Below, piece after piece: positions 25,831 through 39,446 of a DNA stretch of 64,000 nucleotides. Source of the DNA: Antechinus flavipes (Eukaryota). Position numbers and translations under genes: made by a program. The notes beneath the pieces are model-generated. The model saw only the letters and a program-made list of their open reading frames with translations, was not told where the DNA came from and ran no database searches. Numbering within the stretch: position 1 is the stretch's first letter; each line of letters begins with the position of its first letter. The stretch spans positions 242,854,001 to 242,918,000 of the forward strand of contig NC_067403.1 in NCBI RefSeq assembly GCF_016432865.1. The letters run 5' to 3'.

Positions 25831-28800
25831 TTTGACTATGAAATCATCAGTGGTATAACTTGAATAGAAGTCAATAAATTAATTTTGATAATAACTCCAT
25901 GCATATTTAGAAATGTAATTGAATATGAATAAGGAAGTGTATGTTGGAAATATGGAATATTTATTCTGAAATATCTTGATTTGTTTGAAGTCATTTCAGT
26001 TTTTTTATTGTCAAGCTATATTCCGGATATCAAGTATTAATCTCTCTTTCTTAGGACTGTGATGGTCAATGATCATTGGGCTACTTACACTGTCTCAAGT
26101 TAATGTATTGCTTTGATACCTGAAACTTTCAGAGAAAATTTAAAAAAAAATCAACTTTAATATTTTCAGATTTCAAGATCAAGGTTTATGCTTCCATCCT
26201 TCTGACAAAGAATTATTTCTTAATATAGTCTGTGATAGACCACTTCCATAGCCATGGGTCTCCTAGAAATATTATACTAGATTGGATAGGTATCTATTTA
26301 AATCATAGCTCACAAGGTCTTAACAAAATGTGACATTTTGTCAAGCAACATTTCTTAAGAACAACTCAACTGAACAACAAACACAATAATAATAGAAAAT
26401 TCTATGTCCTCTGAAGAACACATGTGGGATATTTTCCTATAGCTTACTACCCAAGGGGAAGAAACAGATATGTAGCACATTTAAAAGGACCCAAGAGTGA
26501 TAAGTGAATGTGCCCAAGAGTCATGCATATGAGGAAGATACATAAGGAATATGTGGATTCATTGACATATCACAAGCAAAGAAAGTAAGTTTGAATATAG
26601 AAAATGTTAAAACTTAAGCAATATATTTACTTGAGACAATGTAAGTAGCCTATGATCAATAATCACCACAGTCTTAAAAAAGACAGATTAGGACTTGATA
26701 CCTGGAATATAACTTGACAAGAAAAAAACTAAAATGTTCAGGAAGGAAATTCATTTTGGCCAGTCATTTCCCACATTTTAAATTATAGACTGCTGACACA
26801 TTGCCTCTTTCTCTTTATATCTCTTTTGGGAATTTTCTATTGTTATTAAAAATGAGAGTTCATTGTCTTTTTTACTCATCATTTCATTGGTCAACCAATC
26901 ACTCCACTGACAAACATTAATTAAGAAATTTTGTGGTGAGCAGCATTTAGATGGAACTGGAGAGTTAAACACTAAGACTCTCATGACACCTGCTGGGATT
27001 GTTGAGAGCAAGGATAAGGTGGTAGAAATTATATGCTAAAATTATACACAAGATGATCGATCTCTTATTTAACTATGAACCCTACTTTTTGGGAGGGATT
27101 GTAAAAGAAATATTTTAAGACTTTGGCAAAGGACTCCTGGCAATTCAGCTAAGCTCCTTGCTAAGTAGTTTTAATTCTTTACTTTTAGCCTTCTGAACAA
27201 AACAGGTAGACAGATATGTATATATACATACACATATATGTATATATGAGTGTGTATGTGTATACACACACACATTTATATACCTGTACCATATATAGAT
27301 ATATAAGTATACATGTATGTGTGTATACACACACACAGTGAGAAAGATTTATTCTTATCTTTCTAGATCAAAACAATTTTATGACAATTTCTGCTGGTAT
27401 GCTGGTATATTAATAACAAGGACAAAAAATCTCAACAATCCTGTCAAACAAATAGATTCTGAGGTGCAAAAGATATTTTGTGAGTCAGAAAGTTGCCCTG
27501 GTATAATAAACTCATTAATATCCTTTAAAATCTTGGTCAGGTTCTCTGTTGTCTTCAATTTTTCTTTTGAAGATATTTATATCTTTCTTCAATTTTCCTA
27601 GAATGCTTGACATGGGTTTTTCTTCTGTCTTTGCCTATTGTACCATATATTTATCTTTTGCATAAATGTTAGGTATTAATTAGATTTGAAATTCTGGAAA
27701 AGCTAACTTATTATCTTTAAGCTGGGTTGTTTTCTAGTTTAACACAACGGTTTACTCATAGCAGGTATCTAATAGTTATTTACGGGATTTCATTAAATAC
27801 AGATGGATAATCTGGAGATTTGAATCAGTCTATCAGATATTTTTATCTCATTTATAATGAGAGGTAAGTGATAAACACGAAGTCAAAAATATGTTGGCAC
27901 TTCTAAAAGTTCCTCTCTGATGTTCAATTAACATGAAGTTTAATTGTGTCTTTGGTGCATGTATCTAATTAGAGAGTTGCACCCATGGGATCTCATTACT
28001 GCAGAATAAGATGCTTTATACAATGTATTCCCAAACACAATACATGGAAGAACTTTTGAAGCTCCAGAGAAAGGCATTTTACAAAGATGCCAGAGAGAAT
28101 ATGTTTATTAACCAACAGAGATTTATTGTAACTGAGCCAGTCAGAACTTTCCTCTATGTACTTTTTCTTCTCACTGGACCATCCTATGCCAGCTGTCTTA
28201 GTTTCTGGGATTGAATCCCAGTCCAAAGGGCTCATAGGTGAAACTTCTTTGTCAGACAGACTAATTACATTGACTCAAGACTTAGGCTCTGTTTATACAG
28301 TAGCTAGCTTGATCTTTTTCATGGGGATTAAGCCATCACTGCCATCATAACCAACTGGCCTAGAAATGTGTGAGCAAGTTTGTGTATAGATACACAAACA
28401 GCTGTGTACAGCTAGAAGAAAACCATTTATTTGCTCTGTGTGAGAAATAGTGTTTATTTAAAGAATTCTGTCTTTTTAATTTTAATTTTTTTTCTAACCC
28501 CATGGAATCAATATGCTTTTCCTATTATATATACCTCTCCATCTTTAGCCCCACCCACTACCCCATCCAGCTAGCCATCTACGAATAACAAATAAAACCA
28601 TTTCAATTCATATCTTATTTTTTTCTTGTTATATTTGTCATTTTCTTCAGCACTGTGTAGTAGAAAAAATATTGAAATAGGAATTAGGGGAAAAACCATA
28701 TTAAAATCACAAACCCACAAATAATTTTAGCTTTCTGGGTGATAACTTCTAATTACATTTGTAAATCTTGTGTAGTTATTGAACAAGTAAGTATAAGATG

Positions 28801-29824
28801 ATAGATTTGAAGTTATAAGGGTCTTAGTATATTGGAATATAATTATTGTGTTTTTATATTATTATGTTTTTATAATTGGTGAAACAGGTATAGAGAGGTT
28901 AAGTGACTATCTATATCTATCAATCCAGATATACTTACATTTATGTAGATATTTCTCTGTCTCTCTGATTCTGTCTCTCTCTATCCACATATTTATATAT
29001 CTCCAAGGTAGGAGACAAACTTAAATACTTCAAGTCTAACAAAGTTTAGCTATTCAATTCATTTCAACCCCTGCCTTTTCCACCAACTCATCTATCCACA
29101 GGTTAGTGAAAAATATATTTGTCAAAGTATAATTTTCTGAATAATAACATAAGTAAATATGGAAATGAATGTATTTTTGGTTGTTCAACAAATGTCTCTG
29201 TTTTGTAGATTCAAACTTGAATAAAATTACATTTGTTGATTCTACTGATGGAGGATATAAATGGATGCTTGAATTTTTTTTCTTGCTGAGTGTACAAATT
29301 GAGTAATTGAACAGGAATTTTAAAAAAAGGAAAAACAAGTAAACAACCTCTAAATTAATTCAAACATCATTTTTTATTACTACAAGCAACCAAACTACTA
29401 ATTCAACACAATCCTCCCATTAGGCAATTGATTATATTTGAACTCAGAGCTTCCTAAGAAAAGAAGGTAAGCTTGGCATTTATGAATTGTGAACTATAAT
29501 TTTTTTTCACAAGATATGTACTTATTTCCTTAGCATTTTGCAAAATGTATTTGCAAATACAAAAAATAAAAAAAATGGGGAGCCCTTCTTTTTAGTCTAT
29601 GTATTTTATAATTTTCTTTGTGACTATTAATTATATATGATTATTAATGCCTGCTTAGGTGTGCGATTAATTATACATAATAATGTGCCTTCTTCATTGC
29701 TTTACAGGCTTCTGTGCACAAAAATATTCTACTACATTCAACAGAATGGTTCTATATTCATAAACATCTACATTTTCACAGGATTTTGGCATTTCTGTTG
29801 AGTTCAAATCTTCATGAACATGAG

Positions 29825-30754
29825 ATGGAAAATAAGAACAATGTTACTGAATTCATTTTACTAGGTCTTGTGAACAGTCCTGACTTTCAGAAAATCCTTT
29901 TTGTTCTCCTGTTATTTACTTATATTGTCACTGTAGTTGGTAATGTACTCATTTTGATCACTATAATTTCCAGCCAGACTTTGTACTCCCCAATGTACTT
30001 CTTCCTTGCCTTTTTGTCTTTAATAGATGCATGCTATTCAACTTCAATTGTCCCCAAGATGCTTGCTGATTTGCTCTGTGAGACAAAAACGATTTCCTTC
30101 AATGGATGCATGACCCAGGTATTTGTGGAACATTTCTTTGGTGCCTCTGAGATTGTCCTCCTCATAGTAATGGCCTTTGACAGATATGTGGCCATCTGCA
30201 AGCCACTGCACTACACAACAATCATGAACCACCAGCTTTGCTGTAACCTTGTGTGTTTGGCTTGGACAGTGGGCTTCCTGCATTCAATGGGACAGATTCT
30301 TACGACATTCTGGCTCCCCTTCTGTGGACCCAATGTCATAGACCACTTTATGTGTGATATTATCCCTTTGATCCAACTTGCCTGCACAGACACTGTTTTC
30401 ATTGGTCTATTGATTGCTACTAATGGAGGATTAATTCCTTTGATTAGTTTTATTGTTTTAATGACATCCTATGTTGTCATACTACATTCTCTAAAAAGTT
30501 ATAGCTCTGCAGGGAGAAGCAAGGCCCTTTCCACTTGTATCTCTCACATCACTGTGGTCTTCTTTTTTTTTGTCCCCTGTATTTTCATGTATCTGCGACC
30601 AGTGGCCACCTTTCCAGTAGATAAAGCTGTAACGGTATTTTATACTCTTATCACCCCCATGTTAAACCCCTTCATCTACACAGTGAGGAATTCAGAGGTA
30701 AAAAATGCCATAAAGAAATTGTGGAATGGAAAAATGGCTTTAGGACATAAATGA
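29825..30754 (+). CDS. Olfactory receptor, family 4 (OR4C-like), 309 aa, intact
   Basis: ATG at 29825 (MENKNNVTEF); the ORF track adds 37 codons from a GTG. Motifs [40 protein letters not shown]. Candidate acceptors end at 29707 and 29781. Confidence 0.95.
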   Translation: MENKNNVTEFILLGLVNSPDFQKILFVLLLFTYIVTVVGNVLILITIISSQTLYSPMYFFLAFLSLIDACYSTSIVPKMLADLLCETKTISFNGCMTQVFVEHFFGASEIVLLIVMAFDRYVAICKPLHYTTIMNHQLCCNLVCLAWTVGFLHSMGQILTTFWLPFCGPNVIDHFMCDIIPLIQLACTDTVFIGLLIATNGGLIPLISFIVLMTSYVVILHSLKSYSSAGRSKALSTCISHITVVFFFFVPCIFMYLRPVATFPVDKAVTVFYTLITPMLNPFIYTVRNSEVKNAIKKLWNGKMALGHK

Positions 30755-33407
30755 TACCACAAATAAATGATGTTATTAATTTCCAAAACTTACAGGATGC
30801 ATACTAGCTTTTTCATTAAATATCCACATAGGGAAAAATACCTTTGGATAAGATTGTGATATAGATTATGCTTTCTTACATATATCCAGCCTATTATACA
30901 TTCATCCACCCATTCCATTGTGGAATCAAGTATTTATTTTCTAATAAAGGGGTAGAACAGAATTGAGGAAAATGTGATACACATCTAGTCATTTTAATTT
31001 CCTTGGCTAATATTTCACAATATTTTTACAAATATTTGTTGTCTTTCATTTCTTCTTCTCAATGAAAAACAAAAAGGATTTTGAGAAATGATACATTATA
31101 ATTGTTTGCATGTTTTTTTTTTTTGGGGGGGGGTTGGTTTGTTTTTTTTTTTTTTTGGTTTGTTTTTTTGGTTAAAGACTAAAGATTGTGAAAATGTCTT
31201 TGCCTTATAAATTTAAGGTATAGAAGTACAAAAAGTTTGGAACTGCTAGAGATTTTAACAACAATCTATCAATTTTACAGATAAAGATACAGAGATGAAG
31301 ATGCGTTCTTTACCTAGAAATATATGTTTAGCAAGAAAATACATGAGAACATTTGATTCCAGAACTTTGATTCAAAATTCATTTCAAAATTAATTTAAAT
31401 TCAAAATTTAACAATTTAGGAAAAATATGTTTTGAAAGATAATGATTTATTACTAAGAAATAATAACATAGTTATTCTTGTATGTTTGCAAAAGAGGAAT
31501 CTAGATATTCTCAATATTGTCAGTATCATTGAAATATAGACATAGACTGATAAGAAGAAAGGTTTTAGTTTTTAAATAGAGCTGTTTTAGTTATGATGTG
31601 GATATTTCTTGCCATTGATAGAGATTATAACTTATTTGTTTGTCAACCTATGAAAATTTTATATATAACTTCCCATTGATGTCAAACATAAGCAAAATCT
31701 ACCTATTCATTGTGTAAGGTAACTATCTTTGCTACCTTTAAATGATCTGAATAACCATGGAGTAAATATTTTATTTATTAAGAAATCTTTCTTCTCATTT
31801 AATATGCAAACTACATTCTCTTCTTGCACATATCTATTTCATGATATGTTTTCTTTAATATCAATATTCAGGGTTGATCCAATGCAATGTTTGCTAATTC
31901 TGTTTTTCTAGGGCCAAGGATAGAACAATTAATTATCAGGTCTCTCAAAAGATTCTCAAAAGCATTTTACGAAGCTTTAACATCAGGAGACCTAAATTCA
32001 AGATGCAGCTGTTCCCTATCAGGTGTGTTTTAGGACAAATCACATAACATCTCTGATCTGTAGTTTTTTCATTTATATTTAAGAATAGTTGGAGATAGGA
32101 AGTGTTTGGATATAGATAAGACATGGGTATTTCCTCTCTTTGGCCCTGAAAAAGTAGAGCTTTTTCTTAATTCTCCTGTGAACATTGCTTTGATCTCATT
32201 TTTCTTTGAACAAGTGAAGCACCTATAGTAATATTTTTTAAATCACAATTATATCTTAATACTAGACCATTTTGGTCTACATAAAAAATACATCCTTCTC
32301 AAAAATTAGAGAGAAAATATTTGAAGCAGATATAATTTTTTTTCTTGAGAAAGAGAAATAAGTAAAAAGGAAGAATAGAATCTTCACCTTAGATTAATTC
32401 ATTTTTCACGTTGAAAAACTTGTATCCACCCATTTGGTTTGTGATGCAAGAGTTGATTAATGCTCTTGTCAAAACATCTGGAGTGACCATTTTTGCTCTA
32501 TGTGCACTTTCCATTTTCTATTTTCCTTGACCCACCTTTCTTTGTGATGGCTAGATAGCCTTGCCTCTTTTGTTACATACCCCATCCATTCAGACCAGTA
32601 TCACCATCTTTGTTCAGAATCTCTTGTTCTTTATTTTATAACCCTAAGCTTTTAATAACAGGGAAGCATGGTAAAATAGGAGTCACATGTAAAATGATTA
32701 GATGACTATAAATATCCATCCCAGACCTAAATATATAAACATTCTCTCATTTAGATTTTGTGCTTTAGAGTCTCAATGTAAACAACTGCAAACTCCTTTA
32801 ACGTATATGTATATGTACACATTATATATGTGTGTGTATCTGTATATATATACACATACATATCTAAAAATAAATTTATATCTGTCGTATATATTCACAT
32901 TATATACATTGTCAACATTTTACTAGAGTACTAGCCAAAAATAGTATGACTGCCTTTTCTATGAAGAAATCACAAGGATTCTAATTGAGAAAAAAAAAAA
33001 AAAAGGAATTCCAACCTTGGCCATTTGTTTTTAATCACTTTTTTTTTTTTTTTTGCATAAACACAAACTGCTTCTTGATGTGGTGTAAAATTGTATTTGT
33101 CATTCCATGGTGTCCATTAAAACACTTTCCACACAGTTTTGTGAGTGAAAATTTCTCTCTTTCTCTCTCTCTGTGTGTGTACACACACACACACACACAC
33201 AGAGCTATGTTCATTAAGGGATAATAAATATAGTTCTAAATGTGTTGCAATATTTAAAAGAAAAAAAAACAATTAGTGACTGCTCTTAAGGATAGGAAAC
33301 AAAATGTACCTCTTGCATGTAATAAATGCAAGATGTCTGGGGGGCTGTTATTTTGGTAACCAGCAAACTCTCGTTTGGAAAAGTAAGAAACCTAGATATA
33401 GGTTCTA

Positions 33408-33487
33408 GAGGGAGGGAGGGAGGGAGGGAGGGAAGGAAGGAAGGAAGGAAGGAAGGAAAGAAGGAAGGAAGGAAGGAAAGAAGGAAG
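33408..33487. repeat. (GGGA)n/(GGAA)n purine microsatellite
   Basis: Directly visible tetranucleotide run. Confidence 0.95.
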
Positions 33488-34256
33488 ACACAAACAAAGA
33501 AAAAACAAAGTAAGGAGAAAGAAAGAAAGAAAGACTGATATAGTTGATTGAGCACAAGAATCTACTTAGAAAATTTACGTTAAATAGAAATGAAAGTATA
33601 CCAAGGTTCCTAGGTTACTAAAAAAAAAAAAAAAAAAAACTTACAATTATAAATCTAAAAGAGTATACAATTTTTTATCTTCTTTTTTGATCCATTTTAT
33701 ATCACATTAATATTCCATGGTATTCATTCACTGAATCCTTTTTTAAAATAAAAAAACAGCATATTATGCAGATTAATGAAACACTCCATCCAGCAGTTAT
33801 ATAACTTTTATACTTGTAGATCTCTTAACTATCTACTGAAAGCATATATATATATATACACACACACACATACATATACATATGAGATATTTCTTTTTTC
33901 TCTATTTCTGATTTTCTCTATTTAAATTAAGCAAAATTCAGCTACCCTAAAGATATTTTAAAAATCATTTTTTTGCATTTTATGAAATTTTTGCCTGATT
34001 GAACTCCTTTCATCCTGTCATTTTTTCCCAAGTGTATGTTCTCATATTCATCACTTCTAAAGTTTTGTAACATTCATTACATTTACATACTAGTTTATCC
34101 ACATTCCCCAAGTGTTGAGAATCAAAGCTGCTTCTACTTTTCTTGTTGGTTTGTTTTTTGCTAATATAAAATTTGCTGAGTGAATAAGTGAAGATATACA
34201 TGAAGAAAGCATTTATTAAACATTTACCATAATCAAAGTACTTCACTGAGCATCAG

Positions 34257-34389
34257 NNNNNNNNNNNNNNNNNNNNNNNNNNNNNNNNNNNNNNNNNNNN
34301 NNNNNNNNNNNNNNNNNNNNNNNNNNNNNNNNNNNNNNNNNNNNNNNNNNNNNNNNNNNNNNNNNNNNNNNNNNNNNNNNNNNNNNNNN
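34257..34389. other. Assembly gap (133 N)
   Basis: Run of N. Confidence 1.
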
Positions 34390-34480
34390 GCTATAATCAC
34401 GTTGGGAGAGAAAAATCAGAAGAAAAAGAAAAATTTATAGGAGAGATTTTTTTAAAGAGCAGGAAAAAAAAATGAATGTA

Positions 34481-34929
34481 GCATGTATTGATTTACATTC
34501 AGTCTTTCTTAGTTCTTTTTCTGGATGCAAATGACATTTTCTGCCCAAAGTCTATTGGGATTTCTTTGGATCACTGGACCACTGAGAAGAACCAAGTCAT
34601 CAGAGTTGATCATCACATATTCTTGCTATTATTGCATACATTGTATTCCTGGTTTTTCTTGCTTTGCTCAGCATCAGTTCATGTATATCTTTCCAAGCTT
34701 TTCTAAAATCAGCCTGTTCATCATTTTAATAGAACAATAACATTCCATTGTCTTCATATACCATAACTTGTTCAAATATTTCCCAGTTGAGGGACAGTTA
34801 CTCATTTTCCAATTCTTTGTTACCACAAAAAAGAGCTGATATAAACATTTCTGCACATGCATATCTTCCCCTCCATTGTAATTTCCTTGAGGTATAAACC
34901 CAGTAATGGCACTGCTAGATCAAAGGGTT
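34481..34929 (-). mobile_element. L1 ORF2 C-terminal and 3' fragment
   Basis: Minus-strand translation LFFVVTKNWKMSNCPSTGKYLNKLWYMKTMECYCSIK matches the L1 ORF2p C-terminus pattern (LFxxAKNWK..CPS.GEWLNKLWY...EYY). Confidence 0.8.
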
Positions 34930-35507
34930 GCATACATGTTCTTAAGAAATAATATACCTTGTTCCTGCTGTTGCTGCTGTTGTTATGGCATGTATATTGT
35001 TCCCACTACATATCAAAGGACTTTATAAATAGTATCTCAAGTGTTTGATCTTCACCACAGCTTTGGGAAATAACTGCTATATTATCTCCATTTTCCATTT
35101 GAAAAAAAATAGGCAAATTGATGGTAAATGCCTTGCCTCAAATCATCCATAGCTAATTAATGTCTGATAATGAATTTGAACTAATGTCTTCCTCAAATCA
35201 TCCTCTTTATAACTTTTTATCAATCAATTAATTATTATTAATTTAAATAATTCATTGTTATTAATAATTAAATTTTTATTAATTATTAATTATCAATATA
35301 ATTTTATTGATAATTAATACATTTTATTAATTTATTTTTATTAATCATCAAATGTACAAGTTACAACTAATTTAGTCATTCTCCAATTGATGGACATCCT
35401 CTTAAATTTTATTTTTTTCACCACCACAAGTTGTTGCTAGAAATATTTGTTTGTATATACATATACACATAATGTACACAAATAAACACAAATGTATACA
35501 ATATACG

Positions 35508-35835
35508 TGTGGGGCTTTATTATCATGTTTCCTGGTTATCTGATACCTGAGGGCATAAAAGACCTATCCATGTGCAGTCCAGGCCCCTCAGACTTGGTGA
35601 ATATTTAAGGATCCCACTCAAATCAGCATTCCCCATCTTTCTGAAGTGACAAAATTCCATATGGGGGGGAGGATGGGTGACTTCTATAAAATCTATGTGC
35701 TTTGTGTCTTTGTTGAAGATCTTTATAACCTTAGAGTCAAGTGAACCTCATTTTTGTTGTGTTCAATGAATCCCTCTTTTTATCCCAGAATCAAATCTAA
35801 TTAAACAAGACACATCTGACCTACTAGTTATATCA
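35508..35835 (+). mobile_element. Possible old solo LTR
   Basis: TG...CA ends, GC content above background, TATA-like ctataaaa and attaaa near the end. No clean TSD. Confidence 0.35.
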
Positions 35836-36099
35836 CGTATTGCACATGAGGAGAGAGAGATGGCCAAATATGGATACCAGAGAAAAGACATGGAGTACTA
35901 TTTGAAGACTATCAAGGCTGATCTGGCTGGGCCCTAGAGAGAAGAAAGGGGAATAAAAGATAATGTTTGACCTGTACTACATGGACCATAAAGTTATATG
36001 TCTTTAAAAAAATTCTTAAATATCCAGTTGTTTAGTGTCTTCTATAATTGTGTAAAACACAATATACATTCTGTGTTGCTGGTTTTTTTTTATTTATTT

Positions 36100-36545
36100 G
36101 TTTGTTTTTTTGAAGAGAACTAATGACATCATGGGTGATGTCTTGATTTGTGCATGCTTTGGATTTCAGTTAAGCAGAGTTGCACACAAACTTTTCATCT
36201 TTATTTGTCTCTTCCTGAGATATCAAAGGACAGTGGTAGGACAAAAATCTTGATGATGGCCTGAGATACAGTTAATGACCTTAGTGTTTTTAATACCTGA
36301 CCCAATCTTTAAACTATTGGATTAAATTATTCTTATATTTCCAATCCACAAGAGAAAGTTTTCACATACTTGTAATTCACTGACACATTTGAAGCCCTCT
36401 GGCTGCCTTCAACTTGGTTAAGCTCATGTGCCCAAATGGCTTACCAGGATGTGACTATTGCGCATATTACAGTTTCTTGGAGCACAGATAAGAGTTGAGT
36501 GAATCAAGTGGACATCAAAGATGGATGAGGATCCCCATATTAAAT
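36100..36545 (-). mobile_element. Degenerate RTE-type retroposon fragment
   Basis: gaagagaactaatgacatcatgggtgatgtcttgatttgtgc...ggatttcagttaagcagagttgcac parallels the start of the 25095 element. Confidence 0.45.
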
Positions 36546-38963
36546 GCATTCTTCAAACAGGTTTAATAGTTTCTGTTGTAGATTCTGATCACATTTGCCT
36601 AATCCCTCATCCTCTGTCATGTTCTATAAATTGATATATATATATTAATTTATTGGATACAGTATGTTGTCTGTTTGAAATGTACTATATACACAATTAT
36701 ATTTCTGTAAATAATTTTCATCTGATAGTTTATCTTAGGAGCTACCAACTCCAAGATGCCCTTTCCAATTCCCCCAATTCTCTTTTCTCTCTTTGGTTAT
36801 TTTAAAAAATCTTTTGCTTGACCTTTTAAATACTTATTTGTAAACATTTACTATGTTAGAATGATTTTCCAATACAGAGCAGAGCCTGTGTTATTTTTCC
36901 ACTGTAAGCACAGGATTACCATAATAAATTGCAGATGATTAGATCTTATATTTAAAGACAGTTTGCTGGCAGAATTCTGGACTTTGATTCAAGAAAACCA
37001 GAATTTAAATCCACCCTTGATATCCACTTTGGACAACTTACTTAAAATCTTTAAGACTCAATTTCTTCAACTGGAACATAGGGAAAATAATAGCTATTAT
37101 CTCACAGGGTCATTAGGAAGATCAAATGAAATAACAAAGGCAAAACTTTGTAATATTTAAAGTGCTCTCTAAATGTAAGCAATTATCATTGACCTTGATG
37201 TATGGAATACATTGATTAAGAAACTATCTAAATCTGGGGAATTTGGGGATTTTTTTTCCCTAGTTAGAATTTTCTTTCTTCTTAACTCTCTGCTTTTTGT
37301 CTTCCCTGGCTCCCTTCAAATTTCATCTAAAATTCCCCCATCTTAACATGTTACTTTTGGTTACTTACTTTCTGGGGCCACATTATTGTCTTCTGCTGAA
37401 TTAACATTGTTGTGTAACTTTTTTCCAATTCTAGGAAGGAGGATTTTAAAATTATTTTAGCTTTTTTTGTTGCTCTGGGTTATCTCAAAGAATCTAAATC
37501 CTAAAGACATTGCTTCTGGTTAGCCTATAGAATTCTTTGGTCTTCAGTTAAATCTATCTTTTCCTCAGTATTTCCTCCTACAATATGAAATCAGTCTTTT
37601 TAATTATTCAAATAAAATTTCTGTCAAATCCTTTCTCATTCTGGGGTGACATCATGGTGTATGAATATTCTTAGTCTGGATCCTTAATTTAGAAATTAGA
37701 ATAGCAGCTTGAAACTAACAATTTTTTTATTAATGATACTGCCTCATTTTCCTGCAATAGCAATATTGGTAGTTGACCTAAATATCTACAAAATTGACTC
37801 AGTTTGCCAAGGATGTTTTTCCCCATGGAGACATAAGCATACAAAACAAATACACATCCCTCAAAAATTTAGGGAGGCTAAAATTCATTTTTTTGATGTT
37901 TAGTTAAGTAATAAGAAGCATAATTGTGTCATTGGCAATTTTATCTAATTAAGGGAATATGCTCCTGAGGTCTCATTAGTCAAAATAAAGATAATTCAAA
38001 GAATTTATTCTTAAATATGACATATAACAAAATGGCTAAGACTCAAGAGGATCACATATTCTAATGGTGTCATATAAATCAGTAGACATTTATTATAGGT
38101 GAAGCTTTCAACCCACTATGCAGACCAGAGTGTCTCTCTTCTCTTCATGTCTCATTCAGCTGACCACCTAGCCTTTGAGCTCAGGACAAAGAGTTCATAG
38201 GTGAGAATTTGGGGACAGAGGATGCTTCTTGCTCTAATAATTTAGTTATAATCCATATCTCCACAGTGCAAATATATCCTGAAAGGGTCATCCTAATTCC
38301 AGCTCTGAGAAATAGTATTTGATAATGCAGTTTTTTAGACTTTTATCTCCACCTCCTCATTCCTATTACTAATGAAAACTTTCCACTTCTCATTGCATTT
38401 CATCTTATTTTCTCTTTGCATAAAATATTTTTTACTTTTGTGCATATTTTATTTTTATCTTTTTTGTCACACTCCAACAAAATATAGAATAGGGTGGTTA
38501 GAGTAGGAGAAAGATGAAGCTGATTTCAAATTTCTACTTGCTAACCGATTTTTGGAAAAGGTGTTTCATTACATGGGGGGAAATTCTAATATTTCTGAGA
38601 TATCTTTTAATCCAGACAATTTAAATAACCCCTTTTAAATCAATTAACCCTTTTCAAGTTTCCATTTTCTGGGAAGTATCAGAACAATACATTTCCCTAA
38701 TATTCACCTGATTTTTTTTTCCTTTTCAGAAACAGATGCTTGAATTTGATATTTAGCAATAGTTTATTAACTTCTTTTAAAGTTTTCTTTATAATTTGCT
38801 CTCAAGGCAAGTTTCTTAGAGATTAAATTAAAATTGGAAAAAAAATTAATAGAATCTATAAACATTCTTTCAACTCTTGTATTTAATTCATTCATTCTCT
38901 CTCTCTCTCTTCTTTCCTCCCTCCCTCTGTCCCTCTTTTTCTGTCTCTCTTCCTCCCTCTCTT

Positions 38964-39001
<38 letters not shown>

Positions 39002-39002
39002 A

Positions 39003-39142
39003 TTTTTTTTTTTTTTTGCTGAGGCAGTTGAAGTTAAGTGACTTGCCTTAGATCATACAGCTAAGAAGTGTTAAGTGAGGTCAGATTTGAACTCAGGTCC
39101 TCCTGACTTCAGTGGTCTATCCACTGCACCAAATAACTGCTC
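39003..39142 (-). mobile_element. WSINE1-like SINE
   Basis: Poly(T), then gctgaggcagttgaagttaagtgacttgcc...tttgaactcaggtcctcctgact...tatccactgcacc. Confidence 0.75.
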
Positions 39143-39415
39143 CTTAAGTAATTCTCAAGAAGAAAGAAAGATTTAGAAAATGGACTAAATGGCTATATTA
39201 TCATATGAATGTCTATTATAAAGTTCCTAGAATGTGGGTAGGGTAACATATTCCTTATTTTAAATAAATTTTATTTCAGCCATTAATTTAATATTTAATT
39301 TTTAAAGTTTAAATAAATTTATTTGAATAAATAAACTTAAAATCAATGTCACAAAGTTTAACAATACTTCAATTTTCTATAAATTAAAAATCTTCCCCTT
39401 TTGTTTTTCCTCCTC

Positions 39416-39446
<31 letters not shown>

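Noticed and set aside
27960-28400. Higher-complexity stretch with three overlapping 64-79 aa ORFs
   Set aside because: No recognisable protein or repeat motif in any frame. It could be an old LTR or retrocopy but cannot be supported without a search.
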